A stretch of DNA of 64,000 nt from a bacterium (GCA_049472315.1 JBLIRN010000005.1:1-64000), one strand, 5' to 3'. Counted from the stretch's first letter, positions 1 to 10,475 are shown. Numbers and translations are program-made. Notes: generated by a model from the sequence alone, not told the origin.

Positions 1-109
1 TGGATAACATTACAAAATGCATGTTATCCAGATCTTATTAACGGTAATAGCCAAGAAAAAAAAACTATATAATCACTGGTTCGGCCGCTCATCAAGAAAG
101 AAGTTGAAA

Positions 110-853
110 ATGGACTTATGGAAATTCTTTGATATTACACACCGGGAACACGTCGTTTGCAACCCGATGAGTGTTGAGAAGCTCAATGAACTTATCGGTC
201 TCCTGCGGTTAAGTCCTGGAGATCGCGTGCTTGAAATTGCCACAGGGAAGGGGGAATTCATCATCCGGTTGGCGGAGCAGTATGATATTGAAGGAATAGG
301 AGTCGATATCTCGCCGCACTTTGTCTCTGATGCCAAGGAAAAGCATCGGCAACGTATTCCCGATGCCAAGTTGAGTTTCATTGAGATGAACGGGGCAGAT
401 TATCAACCGGAGGAACGGGAGAGTTTCGATTTAGTGGCCTGTATCGGAGCGAGCTGGATATATGGTGGGCATAGAGAAACGTTGAAGGCATTGAACGCGA
501 TGGCGGCACCCGAGAGTTGGGTGGTCGTGGGAGAGCCATATTGGCAACAAGAGCCAACGGCTGAGTATTTAGAGATTATCGGTGAAAAACGCAGTACATA
601 TGGCACACATCACGAAAACGTGAGGGTTGGGCAAGAGCTTGATTTGAAGCTGGTCTACACATTGGTAAGCAATCAAGATGATTGGGACAGGTATGAAGGA
701 TTGCAATGGTATGCAACGGAGCAGTGGGCGAGCGAGCATCCAGACGATCCTGATTTGGACGAGGTGTTGAAACGAGTGCGGGAGAATAAAGAGAATTACC
801 TGAAGTGGGGGCGTGAGACGTTTGGATGGGCGATCTATGTGTTTAAGAAGTAA
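110..853 (+). CDS. Class I SAM-dependent methyltransferase
   Basis: Motif I VLEIATGKG, GVDIS and FDLVACIGASWIYGG. The ATG at 110 is preferred over 17, whose extension is Lys-rich and AT-rich. Confidence 0.85.
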   Translation: MDLWKFFDITHREHVVCNPMSVEKLNELIGLLRLSPGDRVLEIATGKGEFIIRLAEQYDIEGIGVDISPHFVSDAKEKHRQRIPDAKLSFIEMNGADYQPEERESFDLVACIGASWIYGGHRETLKALNAMAAPESWVVVGEPYWQQEPTAEYLEIIGEKRSTYGTHHENVRVGQELDLKLVYTLVSNQDDWDRYEGLQWYATEQWASEHPDDPDLDEVLKRVRENKENYLKWGRETFGWAIYVFKK

Positions 854-1150
854 AATTTTGAAAGATGGCGGGCGGCCGTAGATTCCGGCAACAGGGACAG
901 GATCTCGAAAGTGGCCGAGTCTGTCACGGGCGCCAAACCGATGATAGAGTCGGTGCAGATAAGCTCTCCGCTGCTGGATTTTTCAACCCCCATGGATGTC
1001 GTGGTCAAGGTGGTGTATTCTCTTGCCGAAGGCCCCAAAACCAGAGACAGGAAAACAGTGTACTATCTTTATCGCCATGGCACCATAGGGAACACATGGA
1101 GCTACCAGTACGAAACCACGGCCGTGAGGTATTACCTGAACTTCAAATGA
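854..1150 (+). pseudogene. Probable 3' remnant of an unknown gene
   Basis: The frame is open from the base after the MTase TAA (NFERWRAAVDSGNRDRISKVAESV...YYLNFK*). The sequence is protein-like but has no convincing RBS or start. Confidence 0.35.
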
Positions 1151-1645
1151 TCAATCTGGTGCCGTTAGTCAGAAGTTCCGGCATGGCGCAGGGCTGGCTG
1201 TATCCGGCAAATGCGAGGGTGCGCTGACACGGACCCAATGAGGTACGAAACGTGAAGCTCGACGTGGAATATCTGGAGTTCATGTGGCCGATGCGGCAGA
1301 TGAAGCCCCCCCATTCGCCGGCTGGTCCGCAAAAAGTTGTCAAAGGGGCGGCACACCCCGTCATCCTCATTTGGGAACGCATGATCTTGAACACCAGAAA
1401 GGTTGCCCTTCTGGGACGAGCGCCGTGCATGCATGGTGGCTTCCCCGTAAGGGAAATGATGAACGAATTCAATTTGTATTCATTTTCTCTGAAGATGGTA
1501 GTTTATTTATTAATGAAATGTGATATAGTAAAAACAGATATGATGTCGGCATACACGCTGGCTGCCCTTTTGCCATGCATTGCTTCGCCAGAGGACAGTG
1601 GGTGATGCCAATAGTAATCTCCATTCACTTCATAAGGGGGTCAGT

Positions 1646-1969
1646 ATGAATATCTATGTGGGCAACCTGTCACCCGACGTCACCGAAGAAGATCTGCGGC
1701 AGGTTTTTGAGCCCTTCGGGCAGATCGCGTCCGTAAGCGTTATCAAGGACAAGTTCAGTGGCGAATCACGAGGATTCGGCTTTATCGAAATGCCCTCCAA
1801 GAACGAGGCCCAGGCCGCAATCACTGGCGTTAACGGCAAGGAACTGAAGGGGCGGCAGCTCAATGTCAACGAGGCCCGGCCCCGGCCCGAAGGCCGTCGT
1901 GGTGGTGGCGGAAGACCAGGCGGCGGTGGCGGCGGATTCAGGAGAGGGGGCGGAGGGCGCTACTCGTAA
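1646..1969 (+). CDS. RRM (RNP-1) RNA-binding protein with Gly/Arg-rich tail
   Basis: RNP2 NIYVGNL, RNP1 RGFGFIEM, LNVNEARPR and a GGGGR tail. RBS AAGGGGG precedes ATG 1646. Confidence 0.95.
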   Translation: MNIYVGNLSPDVTEEDLRQVFEPFGQIASVSVIKDKFSGESRGFGFIEMPSKNEAQAAITGVNGKELKGRQLNVNEARPRPEGRRGGGGRPGGGGGGFRRGGGGRYS

Positions 1970-2432
1970 TAAGAGACACCAGGCCACATAGGGGTTGATA
2001 AACAGGGGTATTGACCGGATCATCCCGAAACAAGGCAATTAAACGGATATAATCATTCCCGGATTTGTCTCCACAGGAGATCTTTTTCCATTCCTTGATT
2101 TATCGTGAAGGTACAGGTCTGTCCGGACCACGCGGCCTCTTAAGACTCGCACGTACCTTCCCGGTTCGGATTGGCCAAGAAGAGGCTGTGGCCTGAATCC
2201 GGGGATGCCGATCTACCGGTGTATCCCCTTTCAAGCAGACGGCTTCACCCTCGGATGATGCCTGCGGCAGGGACGGAGCATCCCTGCCGCCTGTATTCCA
2301 TTAAATCCGTTAGCCGCTCGATTGGAGCCGCTTCGACACGGTATGCCCAGGCCCTGCAGGATTGCAGCCTGATGCACTGGTGTGCGGTGCCGGATGTATG
2401 GTATATAGGGAATGAAGGGAGGGTGAAGGGAC

Positions 2433-2951
2433 ATGACCGATGTGCCAATGAAAGAAAAGAACGGCGAGCATCCCTTCGGCGACACCGGGCAGGTGATCGC
2501 CCTCGGGTCTTTTCTGGTGGTTTGGGTGGGGGATTCCTTTTTCCTGCGCGCATCCACTTTTCTTTCGGACGTCGTGCCCCTGGCTGTTCGCCTTGCTTTA
2601 TCCGCCCCTGTTATCATCCTTGGGATGAGTCTTGCCGTCTCAGGCCACAAGGTGGCTGGCCCCAAACATGATCCCGCCGGTGTGGTAACTACCGGCGCCT
2701 TTCGATATGTGCGGCATCCCCTGTATTTGGGATGCATCCTTTTCTACCTCGGTCTGTGTATTGCCACGGCCTCGCTTTTCTCCCTTGCCGTGCTCACGGC
2801 GATCATCTTTTTTTACAACTATATTGCCGGTTATGAGGAGAGGCTTCTCGATGTGCGCTACGGGGAGGGGTATCGCCGGTACAAGGAGGAAACGGGGAGG
2901 TGGCTGCCCAGGATTGGCCGCAGTGATCAACCGGGCCGCAATGACTGGTAG
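2433..2951 (+). CDS. Isoprenylcysteine carboxyl methyltransferase (ICMT/PEMT) family membrane protein
   Basis: TM helices plus VVTTGAFRYVRHPLY, EERLL and YGEGYRRYKEETGRWLP. Confidence 0.9.
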   Translation: MTDVPMKEKNGEHPFGDTGQVIALGSFLVVWVGDSFFLRASTFLSDVVPLAVRLALSAPVIILGMSLAVSGHKVAGPKHDPAGVVTTGAFRYVRHPLYLGCILFYLGLCIATASLFSLAVLTAIIFFYNYIAGYEERLLDVRYGEGYRRYKEETGRWLPRIGRSDQPGRNDW

Positions 2952-3046
2952 GGCTGTTGATGCCGATATATGCATCGGGGGATGGCGGTGACCATCCCCC
3001 CTTTCGTTTTATGCGGTTATCGCAAGGGAAACCGGGCCCTTCTGTA

Positions 3047-3880
3047 ATGCGTGGTATACTACAGAGTATAAAGGATTGCGCCCTCCCTCTGGCGGCGGTA
3101 TGTATCCTGGTGTGGGGAGGTTTTGCACCGGGGGAGTGCGCAACCGGATCCAGGCAGGGCGAATTCTCCCTGTGGCTGTGCAGGGAACGGGTGGAATACC
3201 GTGAGCATGCGCAGGATGTCGGGCTTGACTCTTCGGCAGCGATGGAAAACTGGGTAGCGGAGATTGAAGGGATCCACCATACCGGTTCATTGGTCATGGG
3301 GGTGAATGCGATGATTCCGCTGTCGGAAGGGGAGGGGGAGGAGGAATGGACGCGGTTCGGCACCCGGGAGCAATTAAACACCCTGACCTATCGATGGGTA
3401 CGGATTGACGGCTTCGTCGGTCTTCCACTCTCCGGTCGGATGAGCCCCTTTGGAGGGCTCTCCTGGTCGGAGAGCAGGCAGGATAGGACGGATTTTGTCC
3501 TCTCCGGGGGCCCTGTTGATGGCCACATACGGGAGGTGGTCACCTCCTGGTGGCTGCTGGTCGGGGTCAGGGGTGAGGGCGACCTCCCATCCTCCCGGTG
3601 GAACTGGGATTACCGGCTTCGCTGTGCCCTGCCGGTTGCCGTTGATGTGAAGAACAGCTCCCTGCCAGGATTTGATGCCTCCGAGCATGAAGGATTTTCC
3701 ATTGAATTGAAGGCGGGTCTTGTCTATTCGTATACCGACGAGCTTTCCGTCGGCTTCCGCATCTACGGGGGGAGGACCCACTGGGAGGGGAGCGGGTGGA
3801 AGCTGGGCGGGAACGTCAAGTGGCCTCAAAATGACACGGATTACATTGGAGGTCAAGTGGGGGCATCATGGAGATTTTGA
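3047..3880 (+). CDS. Putative outer-membrane beta-barrel protein
   Basis: Signal-like N-terminus, alternating amphipathic strands and a C-terminal GQVGASWRF. Start is uncertain. Confidence 0.65.
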   Translation: MRGILQSIKDCALPLAAVCILVWGGFAPGECATGSRQGEFSLWLCRERVEYREHAQDVGLDSSAAMENWVAEIEGIHHTGSLVMGVNAMIPLSEGEGEEEWTRFGTREQLNTLTYRWVRIDGFVGLPLSGRMSPFGGLSWSESRQDRTDFVLSGGPVDGHIREVVTSWWLLVGVRGEGDLPSSRWNWDYRLRCALPVAVDVKNSSLPGFDASEHEGFSIELKAGLVYSYTDELSVGFRIYGGRTHWEGSGWKLGGNVKWPQNDTDYIGGQVGASWRF

Positions 3881-4116
3881 TACGCACACCCAGTGCATTG
3901 GGTTTGATGCCTACCGGTTTATGGCCCGTTTTAGGTCCTCGCTTATCCGAAAAAATGTCGATATAGAATTGTAGACACTTGATCGCTTAGGACAGGTGAG
4001 TGGTGTGTAGAATCGCGGGTCCCCCCGGGTCGTTACCTTCTTGTCCAATGAATCGGCTGCAATGTCGCCTGTAGCATCGTACGATCACGTGCCTTAAAAA
4101 CAGGGAGAGAGGACCC

Positions 4117-5463
4117 ATGGCCGAGCGGTATAAGCTTTTATTTCACGGTGAAACCGTCGAGGGACAGGACTGTGAAACCGTGAAACGGAACTTGGCCGCG
4201 CTTTTCAGGATCGATGCCGAAAAGATAAACCGGTTGTTTTCCACATTGCCGATCACCATCAAAAAGGACGTCGATCGTGCCACTGCCGAACAGTACAGGC
4301 ATGTGCTGGAAAAGGCAGGCGCCCTGTGCAGGATTGAGCCAATGGGGGAGGATCAGCAGACGGCCCCGTCTCCTCAGGAGCAACCGGGGGAACAGCGGTT
4401 TCACTATGAGGTGGTGTTTTATGGAGAGTGCATGGAGGGATTTCCCTTTCCCGCAGTCAAGCAAGGATTGGCCGAAATCTACAAGATGGACCTGGAGAAA
4501 ATCGACGAGCTTTTGTCTCGTCTGCCGGTAGTGGTGAAGCGAAACGTCGACCTGGAAACCGCAACCCGCTACCAGGGCATGATGAGACAGATCGGGGCCA
4601 ATTGCCTGATCAGGCCCATACTCCTTCCCCAGGGACAGTCAGGAACAGGGGCCTGCCGAGCGGAACCAGGGGCAGGCCCGGCCTCACCTTCCACACCCGC
4701 CGAGGCTCAGCACGCAATGCAGCATGCACGGGCTGGCACCCCCGGATCCGGCAATGAGGCCGGGGATGCCCATTCCGAGCGCCCTGTCGGGCAGGTGAAT
4801 GCGCATCCTTCTTCCTTCCCTCCCCCACCGGGTCAGGGGATGCCCACATCCACGATGACTCACCATGCGGAGCAGGTGCCTAAAGGACGCCGTCGCGCCC
4901 TGTTTCATGGAGGCAACGCAGTGCGGCGGGAGGTGTTGAAGATTATTCTGTGGTCCGCCGTCATAGGGGGGATTGCCGGGTATCTCTGGGGCGGGCTCTA
5001 TGATCCGTGGAGGGAATCGGGGCTGAATGCAGCCGTGCTCAACCTTTTTCTTTTCGGCGGATGGGCTTGGGTGGAATCATTCATTTTGATATGCACGCGG
5101 AGATTTCTGCGGGTGAGTTCCCGATCATGGCTGGTAGCAGCGGGGACAATTGGGGGCGGGCTGTGGGTGGCCCTTTTCTCGGCGCTTCAGATGAAGGCCA
5201 ATCCGGTGTTGCCCGGATCCCTTGGTATGAACATGCTGCTCGGCCTCATGGTGGGATTGTTTATGGGAATCAGTATCAGTGTGCTGTACGCTGTCAAGCT
5301 GAGCAGCATCATGCCCGAGACCTTCGAGGAATCCTGCTCAGTAGTGAGTCCACATCACCGGCAGGGGCTCTCCTTCGTCTGGAAGGTGCTCATCGGCTTT
5401 GGCGTGGGGTGCATCCTGCTGGTGTTTGTCGTACTGACCGCCCTTGCCTTTTTCTTCGCCTGA
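4117..5463 (+). CDS. Membrane protein with a tandemly duplicated N-terminal domain, Pro/Ala/Gly linker and about 5 C-terminal TM helices
   Basis: YKLLFHGE...PITIKKDVDRATAEQY...GALCRIEP is repeated as YEVVFYGE...PVVVKRNVDLETATRY...GANCLIRP. RBS GGAGAGG. Confidence 0.8.
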   Translation: MAERYKLLFHGETVEGQDCETVKRNLAALFRIDAEKINRLFSTLPITIKKDVDRATAEQYRHVLEKAGALCRIEPMGEDQQTAPSPQEQPGEQRFHYEVVFYGECMEGFPFPAVKQGLAEIYKMDLEKIDELLSRLPVVVKRNVDLETATRYQGMMRQIGANCLIRPILLPQGQSGTGACRAEPGAGPASPSTPAEAQHAMQHARAGTPGSGNEAGDAHSERPVGQVNAHPSSFPPPPGQGMPTSTMTHHAEQVPKGRRRALFHGGNAVRREVLKIILWSAVIGGIAGYLWGGLYDPWRESGLNAAVLNLFLFGGWAWVESFILICTRRFLRVSSRSWLVAAGTIGGGLWVALFSALQMKANPVLPGSLGMNMLLGLMVGLFMGISISVLYAVKLSSIMPETFEESCSVVSPHHRQGLSFVWKVLIGFGVGCILLVFVVLTALAFFFA

Positions 5464-5921
5464 GAGTCCTTTCATCTCACAATCCCACCGGATGAGTGGT
5501 CCCCTTCGCATGAAGCGCTATAGGCCACGTCCCTTCTGTCAGCGGTTCCAATGTTGCTATTGCATTTGTGCAGCCTGACCGGTCTGCCCGCACCCCCTGG
5601 CCCCGGGGCTGTAATGAGAGAACTGCCGCCTGTGTACATGCGGATTCCCAACCGTGCGGCATGTTCCCTCTACTGTGGTCAGGAGGAGTGCTGTTGCAGT
5701 AGGAGCCTATTGCATCCCACGAAAAAAGGTATTAAAGTGCACCTTATATGCATTCCCTGTGCTGGAGTGCTCGACCGGGTTGGTGCACCGGAAGGGTCGC
5801 CCGGCGCTATCCGGCCTGATGGGCTGTGCTTTGCCCGGGTTTTCAGTGCGATACCGATGCTCCTTCACCTGGACCATAAATACACCGGTTTCCTCCTCAT
5901 GGAGAGGAGAGGGGAGATGGT

Positions 5922-6590
5922 ATGAAAAGGGTTATTGCTCTTTTGTGTATGGTATTGGCACTGCTGTGGCGTCCTGTGTTTGCTGCGGATGGCAAGGCGA
6001 TCGTGTTTGCTGTGGAGCAGGGGAAGCCTGTTGCGATGAGCCTGATCGAGAAGGCTGATTACGTGGCCTTTGCAGTGACCATTGTGAGCAAACAGAAGGA
6101 GTCCGAGGATGAGTTCAGAGAAATCGGCGAGGCACGGCAGCACCTCATCCGGGAGGCGCAGAAGAATAAGAAAATAAAGGTCCACAATGGTCCCATCTAT
6201 CTTTCCTCCACCTCAAATTCGCAGCCATCGTTTTCGTACAGTTCCTCTCAGGTGACGGTCAACCTTTTGATCTCCATAGCCGAGGCCGATGGGGATGTCT
6301 TCAAGGCAGCATCGGCGATCACCGACCTGGTGGAGGGCATTCAACCGCCGGGCAAGGCTGCCTATTCCCTGTCACCGTTGAAACTGGCTGTGGAGAATCC
6401 GGACCGGTACAGGGCGAAGCTTCTGAACATGATTTACGATGAGACCCGCTCCATGCAATCCATGTTCAACAAGCCGATAAAGTGCTTCGTTACGGGGTTG
6501 GAGAATCCTGTTACGGTGACGCAGTACGACTTCACCCATGTGGAGCTTTTCATCAACTACACGTTATCCATCGAGCTAATGAGCGACTGA
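5922..6590 (+). CDS. Secreted hypothetical protein
   Basis: Signal peptide MKRVIALLCMVLALLWRPVFA and RBS GGGGAG. Confidence 0.75.
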   Translation: MKRVIALLCMVLALLWRPVFAADGKAIVFAVEQGKPVAMSLIEKADYVAFAVTIVSKQKESEDEFREIGEARQHLIREAQKNKKIKVHNGPIYLSSTSNSQPSFSYSSSQVTVNLLISIAEADGDVFKAASAITDLVEGIQPPGKAAYSLSPLKLAVENPDRYRAKLLNMIYDETRSMQSMFNKPIKCFVTGLENPVTVTQYDFTHVELFINYTLSIELMSD

Positions 6591-6658
6591 TAGGCAGCCG
6601 TCGTGTGCCGGAGGCGGCCTACATTTGAATATAGAGGCAGGAGTATGGTTGAAAAGTG

Positions 6659-7042
6659 ATGGACAAGCCCTTCAGCATTGCGGAACGGATAAAGAGTTTC
6701 AGCCATGCCTTCAACGGCATCTTTGTCATGCTGCAATCCCAGCATAATGCCTGGATTCACGCCCTTGCCTCAATCCTGATATGTACAGCAGGATTCTCAT
6801 TCGGATTGAACAGATCGGAGTGGTGCTGGATCGTACTGGCCATCATCTCGGTGTGGACCGCAGAGGCCCTCAATACGGCGTTCGAGTTTCTCGCGGATGC
6901 GGCATCACCCGAATACCATCCGCTCGTGAAGAAGGCAAAGGACGTCGCCGCAGGCGCAGTGCTCATCACCGCAATAGGCGCTGCGGTCATCGGTGTCCTG
7001 GTCATCGGCCCCTATGTGCTGAAGATATGTGGAGTTGTCTGA
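6659..7042 (+). CDS. dgkA: Diacylglycerol/undecaprenol kinase family protein
   Basis: SFSHAFNG, EALNTAFE and AKDVAAGAVL motifs, 3 TM helices. Confidence 0.9.
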   Translation: MDKPFSIAERIKSFSHAFNGIFVMLQSQHNAWIHALASILICTAGFSFGLNRSEWCWIVLAIISVWTAEALNTAFEFLADAASPEYHPLVKKAKDVAAGAVLITAIGAAVIGVLVIGPYVLKICGVV

Positions 7043-7069
7043 TAAAAAATATCACCTCAGGAGGTAACC

Positions 7070-7243
7070 ATGGTTCTCATCAACTTCAGCAGCGAAGAGC
7101 TGACAATGCTCAAGGAGATCCTCGAAAGTTACCTCTCGGACCTCAGGATGGAGATCGCGGATACCGACGGCAAGGACTTCCGCGATGTCCTGAAGAAGAG
7201 AGAACATTTTCTGAACGAAATGATTACCTTGCTGAATCGATAG
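7070..7243 (+). CDS. Small 57-aa helical hypothetical protein (absent from the ORF track)
   Basis: Strong RBS CAGGAGGT. MVLINFSSEELTMLKEILESYLSDLRMEIADTDGKDFRDVLKKREHFLNEMITLLNR*. Confidence 0.75.
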   Translation: MVLINFSSEELTMLKEILESYLSDLRMEIADTDGKDFRDVLKKREHFLNEMITLLNR

Positions 7244-7331
7244 GGCAGGGGAAATCAACCTGAATCCTCTCCCTCGAGAGTGGAGGCATCGGACATCACC
7301 AGAGGGTCCTCCCGGGGACCTTCTTCCATCC

Positions 7332-7475
7332 ATGTCATCCCCTGCAACGCATGCGGTGTCCGTGCGGGGCGGCTCTCCGCTCATCGATGTGACCGGCAAG
7401 TCCATAGAGGCGAGTGTGCGGGAGGTGGCTGCCCTCATTATAAGGCGGCTTAAGGAAGAGGCCTATAAACGATAG
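7332..7475 (+). pseudogene. Possible C-terminal remnant of a PPDK/PEP-synthase regulatory kinase-pyrophosphorylase
   Basis: RGGSPLIDVTGKSIEASVREVAALI resembles the family's terminal IDVTxKSIEE motif. The rest of the gene is absent. Confidence 0.35.
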
Positions 7476-7485
7476 AAGAGGGACA

Positions 7486-7653
7486 ATGGGTACACGTGTC
7501 AAAACAAAATCGGTGATCACCCTGATCCTCCTGGGGATCGCGGATGCGGCGATCCCTGTGCCGGTCATTGGGATACTGCTCATCGTCGTCATATACACCA
7601 GACCGCCGTGGTTCAGGAGGGTCGTTGCGGAGATTTACCGCGAGTCAGGGTAG
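7486..7653 (+). CDS. Small 55-aa membrane protein (absent from the ORF track)
   Basis: RBS GAAGAGGGA. MGTRVKTKSVITLILLGIADAAIPVPVIGILLIVVIYTRPPWFRRVVAEIYRESG*. Confidence 0.7.
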   Translation: MGTRVKTKSVITLILLGIADAAIPVPVIGILLIVVIYTRPPWFRRVVAEIYRESG

Positions 7654-7960
7654 CCTTTGATGGTATGCGCGGTGCCGGGAGCCCGGGGTACGCCCGCTCA
7701 TCGACGCATATCCTGTGCAGAACCGATAGGGGATCGTGCGGATTATACAATTACGTATATGGCCAATCGAACAAAATTCCCCATTTTTCCGTTAAAATAA
7801 CAAGGGGTGGTATACTGCCTTGCCCATAATATGCGGAACGTATTACGAATCGGGCGGGGAGCACATGCGCCATATGCAGTACAGACGAGGAAAGGGATGT
7901 ACCGGCGGGCGCAAACGCCCCGGGATAAAACGTAAGCGGAGGATATACAGGAAGGAACTC

Positions 7961-8734
7961 ATGGGGTGTAGTCGAACAACGAAATGTGTCGTTCTTGCGG
8001 TGCTGCTCATTCTTTTTGCTGGAGGGTGCGGAGGTACCGTCATCGTCTCTCGGGGCCTTCCGGCAAGGGTTTCTCGAGAGCGGATAGCCAAAATGGGCTA
8101 TTCCATCCAGATCGGTGCCTTTTCCGATCTGGATAACGCGGTCCAGTTGACCAGGTCCCTGGAGTCCAAGGGGTTGAACGCCTACTATTTCGTTCACAAA
8201 TCAGGCCACTACAAGGTTCGCTTCGGCGATTTTCCGACCAAGGATGAGGCCCGCAGGAGGGCCGAGCAGGTGCGCAGGGCGCGAATCATATCCGACTACT
8301 TCATCGTGAGCCCGGAGAGCTATACCGTTGCAAATGAACGCAAGAGCGGACGCCGGCACCTGAGGGATGATATCATAGAGACCGCTGAAAGCTTCATCGG
8401 CCTCCCGTATCGTTGGGGCGGCTCATCCCCCAAGGAGGGATTCGACTGCAGCGGATTGACTATGGCGGTTTACCAGCTCAACGGACTCAAACTGCCCCGG
8501 TCTTCCTGGCAGCAGTATAGCACGGGAACCCCGGTCAAGAAGACACAATTGATGAAGGGGGATCTTGTCTTCTTCGCCCGTCCGAAAACCAGGCGGGTCT
8601 CCCACGTGGGCATCTATGCGGGAAACAACAGGTTCATCCATGCCCCGGGAAAGGGCAAGAGGATACGGATCGACTCCTTGCGAAACGACTTCTTTGCGCA
8701 AAATTACATGGGTGCGCGCACCTATGTCCGCTGA
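7961..8734 (+). CDS. SPOR + NlpC/P60 cell-wall endopeptidase lipoprotein
   Basis: Lipobox-like LFAGGC, SPOR YSIQIGAF, and NlpC/P60 GLPYRWGG...FDCSG, GDLVFF, SHVGIY, FIHA. Confidence 0.92.
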   Translation: MGCSRTTKCVVLAVLLILFAGGCGGTVIVSRGLPARVSRERIAKMGYSIQIGAFSDLDNAVQLTRSLESKGLNAYYFVHKSGHYKVRFGDFPTKDEARRRAEQVRRARIISDYFIVSPESYTVANERKSGRRHLRDDIIETAESFIGLPYRWGGSSPKEGFDCSGLTMAVYQLNGLKLPRSSWQQYSTGTPVKKTQLMKGDLVFFARPKTRRVSHVGIYAGNNRFIHAPGKGKRIRIDSLRNDFFAQNYMGARTYVR

Positions 8735-8894
8735 TACGTAAGCGATCGCCACGGAATGCCTCCGCCCGCCTTTTTCATGCCTCCTTTTCCATACGGAAGT
8801 CACCGCCTTCCTCTTCATGATGGTATACGCACCTGCAGGACGCCGGTGAGATGGATGGCGTATCGCACCCTGTCTCCGGGAGCAGACGTGTGAT

Positions 8895-9761
8895 ATGGTA
8901 CATAGCGTGAAAAACTGGATGGACGGGAAGATACAGGAGAAATCAGCCGAACCCCGGTTCGAATTCGGCAGGAACTGGCAGGGATTCCTCGCCACGATCA
9001 ACGAGGGGCACATCCGGGAGGCGGAGTCGTCCCTGCGCGAGATGCTCGAATGCGCCGACATGCGGGGAAAGAGGTTTCTGGATATCGGCTCCGGGAGCGG
9101 TCTTTTCAGCCTCGCTGCCCGGCGTCTGGGTGCACGGGTCCATTCCTTCGATTATGATCCGCACTCCGTGGCATGCACCCGTGCCCTCAAAAACCACTAC
9201 GCCCGCGATGATCATCTGTGGACCATTGAAGAACAGTCGGTTTTGGATGACCGGTACATGGCCTCCCTTGGTTCCTTCGACGTTGTATATTCATGGGGGG
9301 TGCTCCACCATACGGGTGACCTGATGAGGGCATTGCACAATGCCCAGATACCCGTCGGGCACGGGGGTATCCTTTTTATCGCCATCTATAATGACCAGGG
9401 ATGCATCTCCCGGTTCTGGAAGGTGGTAAAGCGCACGTATTGTTCCGGCCTTCCCGGAAGGGCGGCCACCAGCGCCCTGTTTTATCCCTACTTCCTTGCA
9501 AAGGCCCTTGCCGCGGGAATGGTACGGTTCGGGAATCCTGTGCGGTACTTCAGGGAATATCGGAAAAGGCGGGGTATGTCCCTGTTCCATGACTGGAAGG
9601 ATTGGCTGGGAGGATATCCCTTTGAGGTGGCAAGGCCGGAGGTGATCGTGAGCTTTTATCGAGCACGGGGGTTTGTCCTTCAAAGGATGACCACCACCAG
9701 CAGGAATGGGAACAACCAGTTTGTTTTTAGAAGGATCGAGAACGGGGGAGGTGCACCATGA
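8895..9761 (+). CDS. Class I SAM-dependent methyltransferase (UbiG-like)
   Basis: FLDIGSGSGLFS and FDVVYSWGVLHHTG. Confidence 0.9.
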   Translation: MVHSVKNWMDGKIQEKSAEPRFEFGRNWQGFLATINEGHIREAESSLREMLECADMRGKRFLDIGSGSGLFSLAARRLGARVHSFDYDPHSVACTRALKNHYARDDHLWTIEEQSVLDDRYMASLGSFDVVYSWGVLHHTGDLMRALHNAQIPVGHGGILFIAIYNDQGCISRFWKVVKRTYCSGLPGRAATSALFYPYFLAKALAAGMVRFGNPVRYFREYRKRRGMSLFHDWKDWLGGYPFEVARPEVIVSFYRARGFVLQRMTTTSRNGNNQFVFRRIENGGGAP

Positions 9762-10201
9762 GATATGCGCAGGCAACGCAGGGGCGTACGTTTGTCATTC
9801 GCCTTGAGGACGGCGACGTGGTCCATGAGGCAATAGAAGGATTTGCCCGCGAGCACTCCATAGGGGCCGCCGCACTGATCATCATCGGGGGTGCCGATTG
9901 CGGGAGCAGGCTCGTGGTGGGCCCGGAAGAGGGGCGTGCCAGTCCGGTGGTCCCCATGGAGCATACCCTGCAGAATGTGTGCGAGGTTGCCGGAACGGGT
10001 ACCATCTTCCCTGATGAACAGGGGAAGCCCGTTCTCCATATGCACATGGCCTGTGGCAGGGAGGCATCCACTGTGACCGGGTGTGTGCGGAGGGGGGTCA
10101 AGGTCTGGCACATCATGGAGGTCATCCTGTTTGAACTGAAAGACACCAAAGCAGTGCGTGCCTTCGATCCCGAGACCGGGTTTCAGCTTCTGAATCCTTA
10201 A
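9758..10201 (+). CDS. PPC-domain (DUF296) putative DNA-binding protein
   Basis: GRTFVIRLEDGD, GTGTI and PVLHMH. ATGA overlap with the upstream gene. Confidence 0.88.
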   Translation: MRYAQATQGRTFVIRLEDGDVVHEAIEGFAREHSIGAAALIIIGGADCGSRLVVGPEEGRASPVVPMEHTLQNVCEVAGTGTIFPDEQGKPVLHMHMACGREASTVTGCVRRGVKVWHIMEVILFELKDTKAVRAFDPETGFQLLNP

Positions 10202-10475
10202 TGTACCCTTGCCGTTAGGCGACAGGCGTTGCTGTGTCCGGGCAGGTTTTCTGCGGGCCGCCCCCAGGGGAGCGCCTCACACATCACCTCCCTTGCTTGT
10301 CCGGGTTGCCGGACTGCTGTCCCCCCTCGGATTTCATACCATTTTTGACCGATAAGTACTTAGCATACTGTTAGGACACTGTTGACACGAATGCACCAAA
10401 AGGGAGGGGACAGGAATCAGGCCTCATGATCGACGGCAATGAATATGTAACGGCAGGAGGCCCATTCGCACAAGG

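Noticed and set aside
1143..1523. Several overlapping short ORFs, likewise at 2040-2430, 5477-5920 and 11396-11689
   Set aside because: No RBS, motifs or protein-like composition; treated as intergenic.
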